Shown here: piece by piece, positions 62,708 to 64,000 of the stretch | How positions within the stretch are numbered: position 1 is the first letter of the stretch | How the letters are laid out: every line of letters starts with the position of its first letter | Position numbers and translations under genes: made by a program | Origin: a virus | Taxonomy: Duplodnaviria; Caudoviricetes | Direction: 5' to 3' (one strand) | DNA: 64,000 nucleotides | IMG/VR virus record: IMGVR_UViG_3300020190_000004 | The notes under the pieces: model-generated | What the model saw: only the letters and a program-made list of their open reading frames with translations | Database searches by the model: none | What the model was told of the DNA's origin: nothing

Positions 62708-63120
62708 TGTGTTTTAAGTTTAAGTGACTTTAATAAATCATTCCCTTTTCTGTTTGGCGGTTGATTCTTTAATTGTTGTATCTTTTTACGAGTTTCGGAT
62801 AAAGCCGTTCTTGTAGTATTGAGCTCTTCTTGTGAACGATTAGCTTCTTCTTTTGCTAAAAGAACTTCGCTCTCAAGACGAGCAACTTCATTTGCCAATT
62901 CTTCTTCTCGAACTTTTAAAGTAGCAAGTTCAATTTGTATTTTTGAAATTGCCAGGTCAAGCGAGTCTCGTAATGCGTGTTCTCTGTCATATTCTTGCTG
63001 CAGCTGTTCTAACTTATACTTGTAAAGGCTGTCTTTCTTAAAGAAAGTTGTAGCACCAAAGATCAGTACAAGTACGACTAATACAAGAATTGCGATATTT
63101 TTAGGGTCTCTATATTTCAT
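62704..63120 (-). CDS. Putative i-spanin (Rz-like)
   Basis: N-terminal TM IAILVLVVLVLIFG followed by a long coiled coil; start MKYRD (63120) preferred. Confidence 0.55.
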   Translation of the reverse strand: MKYRDPKNIAILVLVVLVLIFGATTFFKKDSLYKYKLEQLQQEYDREHALRDSLDLAISKIQIELATLKVREEELANEVARLESEVLLAKEEANRSQEELNTTRTALSETRKKIQQLKNQPPNRKGNDLLKSLKLKTQ

Positions 63121-63121
63121 A

Positions 63122-64000
63122 TTATTTTTTGGTATAGTCGGTTTCTCCATACTGAATTATTCCTTGACCGCTTAGTGTCAGATATTTGTATGGGTTTGTA
63201 ACACCAAAGTTTTTGCTATCAAATTTATGTGAAACGTGCATAATTGGTTCGTTAAACATAATCTCTAGTTCAAAGGCGTTGTTTGTGAGATTGCCCGCCG
63301 AAGCAGTGGTTTCTTGCCATCTTGTGGGGCGCATTCTCCATGAAAAATTCTTAGTTCTGCTCATCGTTTGAACACCCCATGCACCAACATAAGCTGGTAA
63401 GTGATACATAAATCCCAAAGCAGCAGCACCAGTAGCCCCTGTTGAAATTAGGCCAAACAGATCTTTACTTATCTTTGCATTAATTACATTTCTGTTTGAG
63501 CCGTGGTGTATAAAACTTTGCGCTGGTGCAGGTGTTACACCAAACTCATCTATGTTTGTGAATGCATAGTTTGAACTTGAATAAAATTCAGAAGATGTGC
63601 CGTTTGGGCTCCAGTCAAAAGTTGCTGCTCCTAATATGTTTCCGCTCCATGAAAAAGGATTAGCTCTAAAGGATGGCGCATCTATTGCGCTGTCTCCAGG
63701 TAGCCCTGGAACTGATGTGCTAGTATTTAGCGTATCTTCATTTATGTCGCCGCCCACAACAGCAGATCCTGGAAGCCAGTTCCTGTATCCGCTCCACATA
63801 TGAAACCAAGGTCCGTTCCCATATTCATCTTGAGTAAAATCGTTTCGTGATTCATCAAAGTCTGGGTTGTATATAAAACTTAGTGATTGCGTCATTCTTG
63901 GTACTCCAAAATCTAGGTATGCATCTAGGTCAGAAAATCTTATATATGCTCCACTTGGACTATCAAATTGCGGATTGTCTACCTCAACAGTTATATTAAA
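63122..64000 (-). CDS. Putative structural protein, 3' part only; gene starts beyond window end
   Basis: Frame is open from 64000 (FNITVEVDNPQFDSPSGAYIRFSDLDAYLDFGVPR) straight into the ATG at 63895. Confidence 0.65.
   Translation of the reverse strand, partial: FNITVEVDNPQFDSPSGAYIRFSDLDAYLDFGVPRMTQSLSFIYNPDFDESRNDFTQDEYGNGPWFHMWSGYRNWLPGSAVVGGDINEDTLNTSTSVPGLPGDSAIDAPSFRANPFSWSGNILGAATFDWSPNGTSSEFYSSSNYAFTNIDEFGVTPAPAQSFIHHGSNRNVINAKISKDLFGLISTGATGAAALGFMYHLPAYVGAWGVQTMSRTKNFSWRMRPTRWQETTASAGNLTNNAFELEIMFNEPIMHVSHKFDSKNFGVTNPYKYLTLSGQGIIQYGETDYTKK

Noticed and set aside
1717-63803. Numerous plus-strand ORFs and short alternative-frame minus-strand ORFs in the track
   Set aside because: They lie antisense to or inside well-supported genes and have no motifs; only hsp20 is credible on the plus strand.
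63893-63895. ATG at 63895 as the start of the last gene
   Set aside because: The frame stays open for 35 more codons to the window edge, so the gene is probably 5'-truncated here.
1-64000. Stop-codon reassignment (TAG or TGA recoding, as in some jumbo phages)
   Set aside because: Long conserved genes (portal, ligase, RNR, helicases, topoisomerases) are uninterrupted in the standard code, and TAG/TGA fall at natural C-termini.
1-64000. tRNA, rRNA or group I/II intron sequences
   Set aside because: No cloverleaf or T-loop signatures, or interrupted conserved genes, were noticed by eye, and intergenic gaps are short; tRNAscan-SE/Infernal would be needed to exclude them formally.

Overview
64-kb segment of a large T4-related (jumbo-type) myophage genome. 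It is AT-rich, uses the standard genetic code, and has essentially all genes on the minus strand; Hsp20 is the only convincing plus-strand gene. It carries T4-like replication/recombination genes (clamp loader fragment, gp45 clamp, gp41 helicase, gp61 primase, gp32 SSB, gp46/47, UvsX/W/Y, two topoisomerase II subunits, RuvC-like resolvase), an NAD-dependent ligase, class II RNR, dUTPase, a gp55-like late sigma, portal/gp2/gp4/gp15/tail-tube-like virion genes and scattered lysis genes. Promoter shape, absence of Shine-Dalgarno motifs and a DUF2452-like gene suggest a Bacteroidota host (inference). Main finding: about 32 otherwise unrelated ORFs share an N-terminal leader, MK(H/Y/W)(I/L/V)(H/K)T(F/Y)ESFLNE, resembling the T4 capsid-targeting sequence. 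They sit in operons behind a recurring GATATATAC late-promoter motif, several leaders are identical at DNA level, and payloads include nucleotidyltransferase, ligase-like, ADP-ribosyltransferase-like and HExxH domains, suggesting a modular set of capsid-packaged injected proteins. Also notable: a family B DNA polymerase split into halves 14.3 kb apart, a probable -1 frameshift at an A9/A-AAA-AAG site fusing two ORFs, and four small or partial genes missed by the ORF track. All family assignments are motif recognition by eye, not database searches.
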